Program-made: the position numbers and the translations under genes
NCBI GenBank assembly: GCA_963837175.1
Contig: CAWIMJ010000021.1
Coordinates: 1 to 64,000, forward strand
Length of the DNA: 64,000 bases
Source of the DNA: an uncultured Nitrososphaeraceae archaeon
GTDB taxonomy: Archaea; Thermoproteota; Nitrososphaeria; Nitrososphaerales; Nitrososphaeraceae
Direction: 5' to 3'
The notes under the pieces: model-generated
Databases searched by the model: none
What the model was told of the DNA's origin: nothing
Seen by the model: only the letters and a program-made list of their open reading frames with translations
Part shown: positions 47,549 through 59,568 of the stretch, piece after piece
Layout: every line of letters starts with the position of its first letter
How positions within the stretch are numbered: position 1 is the first letter of the stretch

Positions 47549-47912
47549 TTATTCGTTAATTCCAGCATCTCATTGTTCGGACTTACTGCCAGTTTCAGCT
47601 GCGCCAGCAGTACCTTTAGCCATTCCACTTCTTCTAGCTATTTCTTTTGCTTCTTGTGAATTTGTTGTTTTCTGACCAGGTTCGACAATCTTTTCTGTCA
47701 TTTCTCTTTTTACTGCTGTAGGTCTTTTATTTTTGCAGGCGTCATCGGTTCTTTCTCCCTGTATGATGTTAATGGGTCTTCTTTTCTTCCAATCTCTGTT
47801 TCAGCTCTTCCTTCTTCAAACTCTCTTTCGTGCTTGCCATATGAAGAAGAGGAGGAAGATACATTTCTTTGGCACTTGTTGCCTTATCTTTAGCTTTATC
47901 CTTAGTATCCAT
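47549..47912 (-). pseudogene. Disrupted hydrophilic protein gene
   Basis: Fragments REFEEG..TEIGRKEDPLTSYREKEPMTPAK and PTAVKREMTEKIVEPGQ...GMAKGTAGAAETG, separated by stops and frameshifts. Confidence 0.55.
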
Positions 47913-48884
47913 TACCATATCTTTACTACTTTTTAATTTTTCTTTAACTTTTTTTATAATTCCACTAATTTTATCATATAATATTTACTAAACAACCTAT
48001 TAAATGGTATATCATATAAAATATGTAATACGATTTTAGAAATTTGTTTTAATTGAGAATAGTATAGATGCTTATCTATAATTGATGCTATTATTATTTA
48101 TATTAACTTGCACAAATTACTTTTCTCGTATCTTATAGTATTTTGATTTGATTTTGTATGCGAGGTATATATACATATACATATCTATATACATTCATAA
48201 GCAAAGTAATCCAACTATTTGCTATAGAGGAGAAAAAAAGATTGGACAAAGTTCTAAAGACAGTTCTCAAACGACAAATTCCATTCCTTCCTTATTTGTG
48301 GTACTATAACCGGTTTAATTATGACATATTACTATGGCTTTTTATTCAGTATTATCATAAACAGTGCTATTTGGATGTTTATCTCTTTTATTGTCAATAA
48401 GTATTATTGGAAGTCAACAGGATTTAAAGATGAGAAGTATCTTATGCACTATGCAGTATCAAAGCTTAATTCTAGGTCAAGAGGAGCATAGCATAATCTA
48501 AGCAGACTCATTACTTGTGATTAGAATGTTCATTATAGAGCATCTTTCGCAAAGGCTTAGTGAATGTAGAAACATATGCGATGCTTATTTCTGTGTCTTC
48601 TGGCATTTTTACTATATATCTTAACTGCAAAATGGAGCGGTATATGTGTAACTGCAATCTCATTGAGTTGATACTGGCAGTTGTTTCATGCGGTTATTGT
48701 GACAGATAGGACACACTAATAATGGATAATTCACCGAAGTTAAGATATGATGCACACCAAAAACATGAAGGACACAATAGGAAATCTACTCGTTTATCAG
48801 TGTTAGCAGGAAAAATGCGATTTGTTTTGCTTCCATCTTCAATGCTAGATAAAGTGGCTTTCCTCAGTACGTTATACTCTTTAT

Positions 48885-48953
48885 CTATTCGTGGTTATTG
48901 AAAACTTCTTCCACAAACGATTTAACAAGAGCCTTATTCGTTGATATAGACAT
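48885..48953 (-). pseudogene. 5' remnant of a SnoaL/ester cyclase-like gene
   Basis: MSISTNKALVKSFVEEVFNNHE followed by a stop. Confidence 0.5.
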
Positions 48954-49464
48954 ATTGTATTCTATATGTCTACAGATAATTTATCTCTTACATTACTTAA
49001 GGTATACATTTGGGACAATAATGTTCTTTCTAATAGGAACACAGTACATATGGTTTATGGATAATTTGTAGGAGTATTCTCAATAGACTATTTGGAGATT
49101 ATCATCGATCAGAGGATCATTCTGCAAATCTATACGAAATTAACTCCAAAGTATTTTCCTCTCCGTTTGCTGCATAATTCAGATGCATTGAATACGGCAA
49201 CTTATAGTAGGGGAACTCATTTGAAAATCAATGAACATTCTGCCATCACTATTGGGATTTAATTTACAGACATATGCCTACATATCAAGAAGATAGAGAA
49301 TATAGTTAGCGGGTTCGGTGGGATCCAGTACACTAGTGTATGTAGTCCACTTTCTTCAGCAGGGGAACTTTATCAAATGAAAATTTCTGCAAAGCAAATC
49401 TTCTTTCTGTCCTTCTGGCCTCCCAGATCTATACCCTTAAATAGTTACCAGGTTATCAGCGATC

Positions 49465-50508
49465 ATGTTAAATCACAGACTTATTCGGAAAGATCATCTA
49501 ATCCTTATTGCTGCCGCACCTATGCTTATTATCGCTAGTTCATTAATTGGTATTGATGGCTATTTTGGCACTCCTAAGATTGCGTATAGTCAGTCAGAGC
49601 AAGACCAAATGAATTCCAATACTACGAATTCGGTAAATATACAGGATATCCCATTAGAAAAAGTCCGTGTTGGAGATATTGATGTTGCGTACAAAATGTT
49701 TGGCAAAGGTGACCCAATAATACTTTTCAATGGCGCTTCTGATAAATGGATGCCTGGGACCCATCCCTTCTAACTGGTCTTTCTTCAAATCACACAGTAA
49801 TTGCGTTTGATCAACGTGGAATTGCAAATACAACAATTGGTTCCAAACCATACACTTATCAGCAAATAGCAGACGATGCAGCTGGTTTGCTTGATGCTCT
49901 GAAAATACCAAAAGCAGATGTTATGGGATATTCTCTTGGATCATATTTAGCCCAACAGCTTACAATCATGTATCCAAATAAGGTTAACAGCTCTTACACT
50001 TGTTGGTTCATCATGTGGTGGAAAAGATCATACACCTAAACCACCTGAGTTTATAAAATTGCAATCCGAAATTGTAAACAAATCTCTAAATAATGTTTCT
50101 ACTTCTCAGGAGGAAATAAAATCGCTTGTATCTGCTTCATTAGGATCAGGATGGATAAGACTACATCCTGAATCTCTTGACATACCAGCAAACATTACTT
50201 CATTACAACAGCTGAAGCCTGGTTTGCCCCCTGAGGTAGCGAATAATCAGAATAACATAGGAAAGCATTGGGAGGACAATCCAAACTGGAGTGGTGCTTG
50301 TGATGAGCTTGCGAAATTGGCCAAACCCACGTTGGTCATAACTGGAACTGATGATGATATATACCAGCCGTATGTTAATTCTTTAAAGATTGTAGAAAAG
50401 ATTCCAGGAGCCTGGCTTGTACAGATCAAAGATGCAGGTCATGCAGTGATGAATCAATATCCGGATGAAATCAGTAAGATATTAAGAGCCTATCCCAAAA
50501 ATAGATAG
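49465..50508 (+). CDS. Secreted alpha/beta hydrolase (two frame breaks; 3' end interrupted by IS5)
   Basis: GKGDPIILFNG, FDQRG, GYSLG, PTLVITGTDD, DAGH; original tail NTFLSTTTPPS* at 51376-51410. Confidence 0.88.
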
Positions 50509-51372
50509 TAATATAGCTTGTTAGTTTATTATCATATCTGATAATGTTTAAGAATAAAAAGTATGTTAGAACAATTATACGCATTCCAGATGATATGTGG
50601 AATGAAATTAAAAATATTTTACCAGATGAGAAACCAGAGAACACAATAGGCAGACCAATTGTTCCTTATAGAAAAGTACTTGATGGTGTCCTGTTTGTCT
50701 TGAGAACTGGATGTCAATGGAAAATGTTACCTAAAGAGTATGGCTCTGGTTCAACATGCCATAGAAGATTTCAGGAATGGAGGCAATCTGGTATCTTTGA
50801 TAAATTATGGATCCGGACTGTTAAAAATATACGATAACAAGAGAGGAATCAAATGGAACTGGCAGTCACTTGATAGTATATCAGTAAAATCACCTTTAGG
50901 GGGGCGATGACCGGTCATAATCCTACTGACAGGAGTAAATTAGGAACCAAAAGGCATATTCTAGCAGATAAAGATGGTATTCCACTATCTGCTATTCTAA
51001 CATCTGCAAATACTCACGATGTTACTGTTGCAATTGATACAGTTGATAGTATGGTTCTCAAAAGATCATCATACAAACTAAATCATAGAAAGAAACAGAA
51101 TCTATGTCTTGATAAAGCATATCATTCCAAAGATTTAGAACAAGAAATTATCAAGAGAGGATACATTCCACATATACGATACAGAAGAGAAGAACAAATA
51201 TTTCATAGAAAACATCCCTTAAGACGATGGGTTGTAGAGAGAACAAATTCATGGCATAACAGATTCAGGAAATTATTTACAAGGTATGAAAAGAAGGATG
51301 AGAACTATCTTGGTCTTGTACAATTGGCAAACAGCATAATTATTTACAGGAGGATAATTTTGGGATAGGCTC
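50486..51372 (+). mobile_element. IS5-family insertion sequence (887 bp)
   Basis: Perfect 15-bp IRs GAGCCTATCCCAAAA / TTTTGGGATAGGCTC; TAA duplication at 50483-50485 and 51373-51375. Confidence 0.96.
50544..51368 (+). CDS. IS5-family transposase, with frame breaks near 50815 and at the G6 run near 50900
   Basis: LRTGCQWKMLP..YGSGSTCHRRF, QSLDS, GTKRH, LDKAY, RWVVERT..W, RYEK. Confidence 0.93.
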
Positions 51373-51861
51373 TAAATACATTTCTATCGACTACAACCCC
51401 ACCTAGCTAATGTAGGTATTATGCTGGAATAAGTTTATCCATTATATTCCCGATTTCTTCTGAGGTTTTGGACTTGACAAAATCACAGAAATTGGTGGCC
51501 TTTTGTTCCACATCAAGACCTTCGAACTTACCGAAATCCAGAAACCTTTCTAATAGGTTGGATATTGTCTTTGAACTTCTTTTGATTTTAATGTCATCTT
51601 GAACTTAGCATAAGGTGACACTCAATGGAATTATTGACTCAGGAGAGGCTACCTGAATGGTCATATCGTATTTAATGATGTAGTCCTATAAAATGATACA
51701 CTAGTGAATCGGGTTCGGCGGAATTCGAGCTTTGCTGGTAGATGGGTTCAGCTGTTTTTAGCATTTAGCTTTGCTGCTTATGGTCGTTAACTACAATCCC
51801 TATACCGAGTATCAATGTCATTTGATCTATTTTGCCTTTCTATCTACTACCTGCTGTATCG

Positions 51862-52344
51862 TTAGTCTTCCTTAATCTTCCAGGTCCCCTTTTCTTTATC
51901 TTCAACTTTTTTTACTGGTTTTTCTTGGGCTCTCTTCATGTCTCTAGTACCATCGTCAGAGGTAGAATAGATATCTGTTTTATCAATACCCTCAGATTTT
52001 GTCAATGAGGTTCCAGAACTAATTACTTTGGATACATCTTCAGTGTCTGTTGCTTCTCTAGAATTAATTCCTCCTGAACCTGTCGGCGTCACTCCTTGAG
52101 TTACAGCGCCATGTGGTGTCTTTCCTCTAGTTATATCTGCTGCAGTTACATCTTCCTGAATTCCTTTACCTTTCGCTATGCTTGCTCTATCTACATCTCC
52201 GGTATCTGTGATATCTCTGGATGCATCACCAACATTCGTTATATCTGAAGTACCTTGAATACCTTGAGCTGCATTAGACATGTTCTTTTCACTATCCTTC
52301 TTTCTGTCACTAGTTGCACTCATACAGTGTTGTATATTAAACAT
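51862..52344 (-). CDS. Hydrophilic low-complexity hypothetical protein
   Basis: G/T/D/S/K-rich 160-aa ORF; start may be the internal MSATS. Confidence 0.7.
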   Translation of the reverse strand: MFNIQHCMSATSDRKKDSEKNMSNAAQGIQGTSDITNVGDASRDITDTGDVDRASIAKGKGIQEDVTAADITRGKTPHGAVTQGVTPTGSGGINSREATDTEDVSKVISSGTSLTKSEGIDKTDIYSTSDDGTRDMKRAQEKPVKKVEDKEKGTWKIKED

Positions 52345-52505
52345 AATATTAATATCGTATAGGAATAATATTGGGAATGGTTCTTTTAGATTCTCTATTA
52401 AAAATTTTGATGAATTGGTAGAAAATGCATAATTATTTAATGGAGGACATAGAAAATGTTGCTATCAGTTATACCTTATATAATCGTATGCATTGAATAT
52501 AAGTA

Positions 52506-52721
52506 TTGGGTTTCTTACTATATCATAAGAAAAATCATTGTGAAGTATGTCATCAAGCATTTGATAAAGAAGAAGAGTTGTTTAAACATGCAAAGGAAGA
52601 ACATCACAAGCCTGTTATAAAATGCCATAATTGTGGGATGCAGTTCTTACATGAAAAGGATAGACTTCATCACATACAAGAAGAAAAGAAGAAGAAAGTA
52701 GATATACGTAGACACAGATAG
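52506..52721 (+). CDS. Double C2H2-type zinc-finger protein
   Basis: CEVC..AF.....L..H....H and CHNC..QF.....RLHH. Confidence 0.85.
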   Translation: MGFLLYHKKNHCEVCHQAFDKEEELFKHAKEEHHKPVIKCHNCGMQFLHEKDRLHHIQEEKKKKVDIRRHR

Positions 52722-53110
52722 GATTAAATTTCTCTTTTTATAAAATGTTAAAGATACCTTTCTTGATGGGAAACCTAATTTTACTCAATGCTCTCTTTTA
52801 TTTTAAGGTTATGCTATCCATCTAATCTACTTTTGACGGTAAAATAAATCTCCCCTAAATTTAGTAGTATTACACATACATTGTAATAACTACTAGTTCA
52901 AATAGGTCTTCTAACTGCATGATTCTTGAAATATGGAAATTGAAAAATAGATATGAAGTGATTACCTTTTAATATCTATATATTTTTATAAGTGGTTTCT
53001 TCAAATTCCCCTTTATTCATTATAAATCACACTAATTTAAAAATGACGAGTCGGTACATTTTAGTTCTAATAAGCAAGGATACTGTTATTTAATAGAATA
53101 CTATCTTACC

Positions 53111-53960
53111 GCTCAGTAGAAACTATTGCTATAATAACAAGATTGGTTAATCTGTGCATATTGTAGGTTATACATCTGAATGACAATTCTTTATTTTGTG
53201 TTCTTGTCAATTTTGAAGTGATGTATTCGCTGAACAGTTTTTTTATAACTGATATTATAGTTTAGTCTTTGTTTCTCTGATGGTAAAGTATTCTGGAATA
53301 TCCACGCTTCATCTGCTTCCTATATTTACTACATGTTTTACATATTAGTATGTTTTTGAATCTTGCAAGTATTATACTAAATGTATGAATGCGTTCTCTT
53401 ACAAATACGTGATTATCTCACTGTCATACCCTTTATAGGCTACTGTAATTGATATTGGTAGAATTTCTGATGTTTTAGTTATTAGAGGTCGAAAGTTCTT
53501 TGTATCATGTATTGTAGGAGCTAGTCTAATTTTGATGATACATATTAATTGAAATAACATATCTGCGATGACTGATAACTTTAGGTATTTCTTTCTAAGG
53601 TAGGACTTATCTGTATAATATTGTGATGCATTGGTTATTTTAAATCCTGACGAATCTATAACAATGAATAATAGTTTAATAATATTGCTATGTAATAATA
53701 TGAAGGAATAGATTATTTTTTCAAAGACAGTCTTAGTAATCCTGATAGCAAATATCTGAAGAGTAGTATAATGTGGTATGTGTGATAAGAATATAAAGGT
53801 TCTTAGATAAGTAAGCTTCAAATAACCAGTCTACAAACATATGATAACTTTTTATTTTATATTATCTTAATACTAGTAATATTATATGATGCAATGCAGT
53901 AAATACGTTATTACTTTTCCGATGAAGAAATAGTGGTATAATAGTATACTTTAGAACAAC
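53111..53960 (-). mobile_element. Heavily decayed IS5-like element (transposase pseudogene)
   Basis: Fragments IPLFLHRKSN, IPHYTTLQ, IDSSGF, KGYDSE with several stops; end-like GCTCAGTAGAAA at 53111; boundaries approximate. Confidence 0.75.
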
Positions 53961-54001
53961 ATAAATAAGATATAAGAAAAATATAATATAATAAGATTAA
54001 T

Positions 54002-54065
<64 letters not shown>

Positions 54066-54221
54066 ACATTTCTTACCAATGCTTTATAGTATCCGCTCAT
54101 TATTGTTGTATACTTCCAATTATAATAACGGCCCTTCTTATAATCCTGGGCAAATTTATCTCACGTGTGTCTTTGATATTTGCTTGTATTGAAGACATCT
54201 AATCCTGTTAAAGCAATCTGA

Positions 54222-54455
54222 CTACCTTGTTTTCAATTCATAATTAACTTCAAACATTGTCAATATGTCTTTTAAATTTTCATCATAGGCAAACCGACAA
54301 ATTGTAATCCATTTCCTTCTTATATTTGCCTTTATTTCACAGACAGCGCTAACATCATTAGGAATTATTTTAATTTGAACATCATATTTGTGTCTTAACT
54401 TCTCTTCTAATTTATTGACAACCAGTTCTGGTGCAGAAATCAAGATTTTTTGCAT
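54222..54455 (-). CDS. Small hypothetical protein
   Basis: Clean 77-aa globular-looking ORF. Confidence 0.7.
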   Translation of the reverse strand: MQKILISAPELVVNKLEEKLRHKYDVQIKIIPNDVSAVCEIKANIRRKWITICRFAYDENLKDILTMFEVNYELKTR

Positions 54456-54789
54456 ATCTAGTCCACTGTACTATCATTCACATATACGTGAATATAAAAC
54501 ATATATCTATCTACCTAATAATGAAAATATTAGATATCTTCTATGGAATGATATTATAAAAGTTCAATTAGATAGGACATAGACAGGATACTAAAATGAT
54601 GATTCATAAAACAATTGAAGCTCTAAACTGCTAAACTATGAAATACAATACCGTAATACCGCTTTACGAACCCATTCTTTAACAAGTTCGTCTTGTTCTG
54701 TTCAAGATTCCTGCTTAATATTGAAGTACTCATGCCAGAATCAGAATTGTGATTACTCTGACTGCATTATTATTGGTACATTTGTAGGT

Positions 54790-56229
54790 TCATGCTGCAA
54801 ATCTCTCTTCTTCTTTTTTGCTATACCGTTGTTTTCTTTCTCTCCATACTATCGATTTTACTTTGTCTGATATCAATAATGGAATAATATTAGTAATGTA
54901 ACCAGCCATCAGAAAAATTGCACCTAAAAAGGCTAGTAGGGAATAAATTGGTGTAATTTTGTATTTTTTGATATCTTTTATTGCTACTGCAGCAATTACA
55001 ATAATAGAAGATACTACGTTTAGAATTAATACAACTAAATGAAAATCATCTACAGAAAATTGTAAGAGGGGTATAAACTCAAACTGTTGTTGGATAACAG
55101 CAATTGATAAACTATAGATAGTAATTAGAAATGGTAACATGACCATGAAAAACATAATTAGCAAATTCATAACTATCTGCAACCTGTTCATAGGGGCAAG
55201 TGTCCTTCCTATTCCATGCCATAGGGTATGAAGGTCGCGAGACCAAAGAGCTGACATAATCTTGTCTATCCTGACAATTTTCATATTGTAGCCTGCTTTC
55301 TTAATACGTATCCCGAGTGATCTATCTTCTTGTATAGATTTACGAACAGATTGATATGTTCCGATCTCTTCAAAGACCTTCCTATTTATCATAATAAAGC
55401 TCCCATTAAGATATGCTGTCTTACACTTTGGATTATTCATACAAGCTGTGTTTGCACCCAAGAGTATGGAAAAATGATTCCATACTGGCATTGTAATCTT
55501 TGACCAAAAATCACGAAGTTCTATGCAAGGAATACCAGTTAACACATCAAGATCTTCCTTTTGCATATATAAAATAGTCAACAATATAGCATCTTTGCTG
55601 CTAAAGTAGGTGTCAGCATCAGTAAATAGTAAAACATTTCCATTACTTGTCAGGTATCCTTGTTGTGAAGCCCAAGTTTTGCCAGTCCAATCGGTTGGTT
55701 TATCAGTTAAAGACAAAATTTTTAATGTCTTTGCTTGTAGGTTTGTTTCTCTGCTTTTGATATTTTGCAATATATCTAAAGTAGCATCAGTTGAATTATC
55801 ATCTATTGCAATAACTTCAAAATTTGGATAGTTCTGGCCAAGCAAAGAAAGAATACATCTTTCAATATTGTCTTGCTCATTTCTTGCAGGTACTATGATA
55901 CTTACGAATGGAAAGGATGAGAGTTGGGGACATATGTCCTTTTCAGAATAAAAAGCAATATCATCAGGAGACATATTCTTCTTATCCTTATCTACAATAC
56001 ATTTTATTATTTTTTTATTTTTGGTATACTCTAGATTTGATGAAATAGATGTCATTCTTCGCTGCTGTTTTTTTTCAGAAAAAATAGAAGGAGTAAGAAG
56101 ATAAGACCTGATAGAGATGAGAAAAAGGTAAAGCCATGAAGTAATGATTATTAAAGATAACACAAGTAACGAAGTGTCAATTGTAATACCTCTAATTATA
56201 CCCAATATATTAGGAAAATCAGCCACCAT
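54790..56229 (-). CDS. Membrane GT2 family glycosyltransferase
   Basis: VSIIVPARNE, IDDNSTD, WTGKTWA, FTDAD, QEDRSLG; flanking TM helices. Confidence 0.93.
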   Translation of the reverse strand: MVADFPNILGIIRGITIDTSLLVLSLIIITSWLYLFLISIRSYLLTPSIFSEKKQQRRMTSISSNLEYTKNKKIIKCIVDKDKKNMSPDDIAFYSEKDICPQLSSFPFVSIIVPARNEQDNIERCILSLLGQNYPNFEVIAIDDNSTDATLDILQNIKSRETNLQAKTLKILSLTDKPTDWTGKTWASQQGYLTSNGNVLLFTDADTYFSSKDAILLTILYMQKEDLDVLTGIPCIELRDFWSKITMPVWNHFSILLGANTACMNNPKCKTAYLNGSFIMINRKVFEEIGTYQSVRKSIQEDRSLGIRIKKAGYNMKIVRIDKIMSALWSRDLHTLWHGIGRTLAPMNRLQIVMNLLIMFFMVMLPFLITIYSLSIAVIQQQFEFIPLLQFSVDDFHLVVLILNVVSSIIVIAAVAIKDIKKYKITPIYSLLAFLGAIFLMAGYITNIIPLLISDKVKSIVWRERKQRYSKKEEERFAA

Positions 56230-57090
56230 ACGTTTTCACTTGTAGATACTCTATATAATATATATGTAGAATTAATCAATTAAGGATTAAAGTTTAAATG
56301 AATTCCGACCAATATGGAAATATAAGGCGTATTGAGAATGCCTATAAAATAGTAGAAAAATAAATGACGTTAACGGATGATAGTTGAAAGATAGTATTTA
56401 GCAGTTTTTTCACATTAGGAGCGGTACAGAGAAAAATAAATTTATGATGTTAATAATGATATCAAAATACTCCTGTATAAATTTTAAACTTTAGATTGGT
56501 AAGATACAAACTCATTCTGTAGCAGAATTTATAGCAGCAGCTCCTTCAAAATTAAATGCTCAATATCCTATAGTATATGAAAGCTTGTAACTACAAAAAT
56601 CCAGACAAGATAAATATTAGATTCTGTGCTAAACCTAGGATAGTATTGATATAGGATGTTTATAGTGAGACTCGAAAGATACAGAGGTTCACGTATTATA
56701 GCAAAAACATGGTCAAAATACTAACCTATATGTGCAAAGAAATGGAAAAACAAATTCCAACAGATACTTGAAAGAGAGATGTTTGAAAATTAGTTTGATT
56801 TATCTAATGCTTTCACACAGAAAAGTAATTACTGCTTGACTTTCAGACCTAGCTGCCTGTCTTTGCATTGTCCACGGCAGAAAACCGTTTGGCGACAATA
56901 ATGTGTAGTATAATGACTTGATCAATCGATTGATTTTAATTACTATAAGCCTGTTTTTTGTATAGGAAGAACATAATTGTGCTCATTAGTTTTGGTGGAA
57001 ATATACCATTAGAATAACAGGGGATATTTTATGTCCTAGGGTTTTGAAGATAAGCAATTTTTAAGATGCCTATATCAGATTATTTCAATT

Positions 57091-58190
57091 CTATGAGAAT
57101 GGTAGCTTGAATGGAATGTTATCATGCACGTGCTTGACTTTATCTTTTATCTTTGTGGATATCTCTTTGACTTTATCTTTTATCTTTGATGATACGTCTT
57201 TTGATGATACGTCTTTTGATGATACGTCCTTGACCTTATCCCCTGCATTTTTATCCTTTTTTGTGGATATCTCTTTGACTTTATCTTTTATCTTTGATGA
57301 TACGTCTTTTGATGATACGTCTTTTGATGATACGTCTTTTGATGATACGTCTCTTTGTATCTTTATGATACGTCTTTTGATGATACGTCTTTTGATGATA
57401 CGTCCTTGACCTTATCCCCTGCATTTTTATCCTTTATATCTCCTTCATGAGACTCTACTTGGGTTGGTTGTTCTGGAATTATAGGAGGTTCTGCATTTGA
57501 ATGTGATGGGAATACGGTTACTGCTGATGTACCGTTGCCTAAAGTTGTGCTATTGTCTATTATTGGTAAGGATTGTTTTTCTTCTACTACAATAGGCCTT
57601 GGTAAAATATTCCTACTATCTACATTTTCTGCTCCTACTGCTAATGCTGCTGTTGTTGTTGCTGTACCATTACCTAAATTTGTACTATTGCCTAAAGTTG
57701 TGCTATTGCCTGTTATTGATAAGGGATGCTGTTGATTTCGATCAGACGTTAACCCTGTGACATTTACACTATAATATGTTGTTAAATTAGCAGTACCACC
57801 ATTATTATTAAGACATGATAGTTTAGAAGTTAGATTGTTCGTTCCGTTTGTAATAAGATGGTATTTATCAGTATATGTATAATCCCATGTTGAATAATCA
57901 TTTACTCCTCCAAGACCTGCTGCTATAGCTTTTTGAAATGGCTTTACGTTATTCAAATCAGCATATACTGTACAATCACTAGTTGCATTATCTGTTGATA
58001 TACCAGTGATATTCATTTCACCGACTGGAACTTCTTGACCTGCGGTAGGAGAGGTAATTTTTATTCCTAGTATTGGCTTTTGTGGAAGTTGGGTTTGCTG
58101 GACTTGGGCATATAGAATACTATATGATGGAAAAGTATAGAGAAGACATGCTCCAAAGACAAGGACTAAAGATACCGCTTTAAGTTCCAA
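57091..58190 (-). CDS. Secreted Ig-like domain protein with a KDVSS repeat tail (frame break near 57363)
   Basis: Paralog of 9663-10283; tail continues ...KIKDKVKHVHDNIPFKLPFS to TAG at 57091-57093. Confidence 0.78.
57134..57435 (-). repeat. 15-bp coding repeats (KDVSS) nested in larger duplicated blocks
   Basis: tttgatgatacgtct arrays and a repeated ttgactttatcttttatctttg block. Confidence 0.92.
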
Positions 58191-59568
58191 CTACTAAAAT
58201 CTTTTTTCTGAAGGCTATAAGTAGTGCTATAGTATAATGTATATTTATTTACTATTAAATGGTTGTTCTAAATTGAATCTAATAACTACTATATCTCAAG
58301 CAGCAGAATGATTAAAATTTAATAATAATCTCCTTAATGCTAATAGAACAAAATTTAGTAGAATTGTTATAATTTCCTTCTTCCAATTACATACGCACCA
58401 GCTTTACCAGCCTATGATAATACTGGAACATTATATAGTCCTAGATCAGAACTGAAGCCCAATAGACAATACCTACTAGGATGGCAATAATCATAGAATA
58501 TATGAGCTGTAGCATATTACAAATACTCACAAGAAGTAGAGTATTATTTCCTTTTTGAAGTAATGATGTTTGTACGTCGAAAGTATCAGATAGGAGGAAT
58601 ATTATAAACATTCAGCATCTAGTGTTGCGGCAAAAATGCTCAATAGACGTGTAAAAATATTTAGAAAAGTAATAATAGTTAGTACAGAGGTTAACACACC
58701 ACTAATATTTTAGAGCGATCTACCAACATTAAGTTATAATATATACTAGACTAGAGAAGTAAACTGTTGGCTATACTACAACAAACGTTACTCATTAACA
58801 GAAACAATATCCATAAAATAATTGAATTCAAGAAACAAATCAACAATATACAATAATGATTAGAAGATCAAGACGATATTTTATAATAAGATTGTAGTAG
58901 TTGATATTGATAGAAGTGAAAAGGAAAAAAGAATCTCTGTCTTAAATATTCTTAGAATAAATTATTTATCTAACTCGGCACACTTATTCTACCTAATATT
59001 ATTTTTTATAAAAATATATTTAATAAAAAATAAGAAAGATAATAACTTGACATAAAAATACCCTTATCATGAGCAATTTTTGCGTTATAAAATACATATC
59101 ATTTTCACCAGTAATCGGGCTCTTCACTTTACAATAATTTATAGAAGGTCCACTATTTCATAGATGGTCATTATATTCAAAGAAATTGAATATCTCTCTT
59201 TGCAGCTGAATATCTGAATTCATTATAGATTAAAACGATGGTCAAAGCTAAAAATGAGTATATTCATGCTTATAGCTTGCTATTGAGCCATCTGGAAGAG
59301 GACTATTATTCTTATTATTTTCTTTCTATTGAAAGAAACATAAGCTGATTAGTTAATAACAGTGCCTAAAAGCTCAAATCACTCATTAATCGATTATAGT
59401 TGGATATCAAATGTACTATGCTGTTAGATAAAATGCATTAATGCATCCTCGTCTTTTATACAGTGAAACTATTCAGAGAAAATAAATGATAAATATCTAA
59501 TCAATCATTCCAATATATCATCTATTACTCTGAAAACTTATATGAGATACATTTTCTGTTAATTTGAG

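Noticed and set aside
57107-57409. + strand DDTSF repeat ORF
   Set aside because: Antisense shadow of the KDVSS tail of 57091-58190
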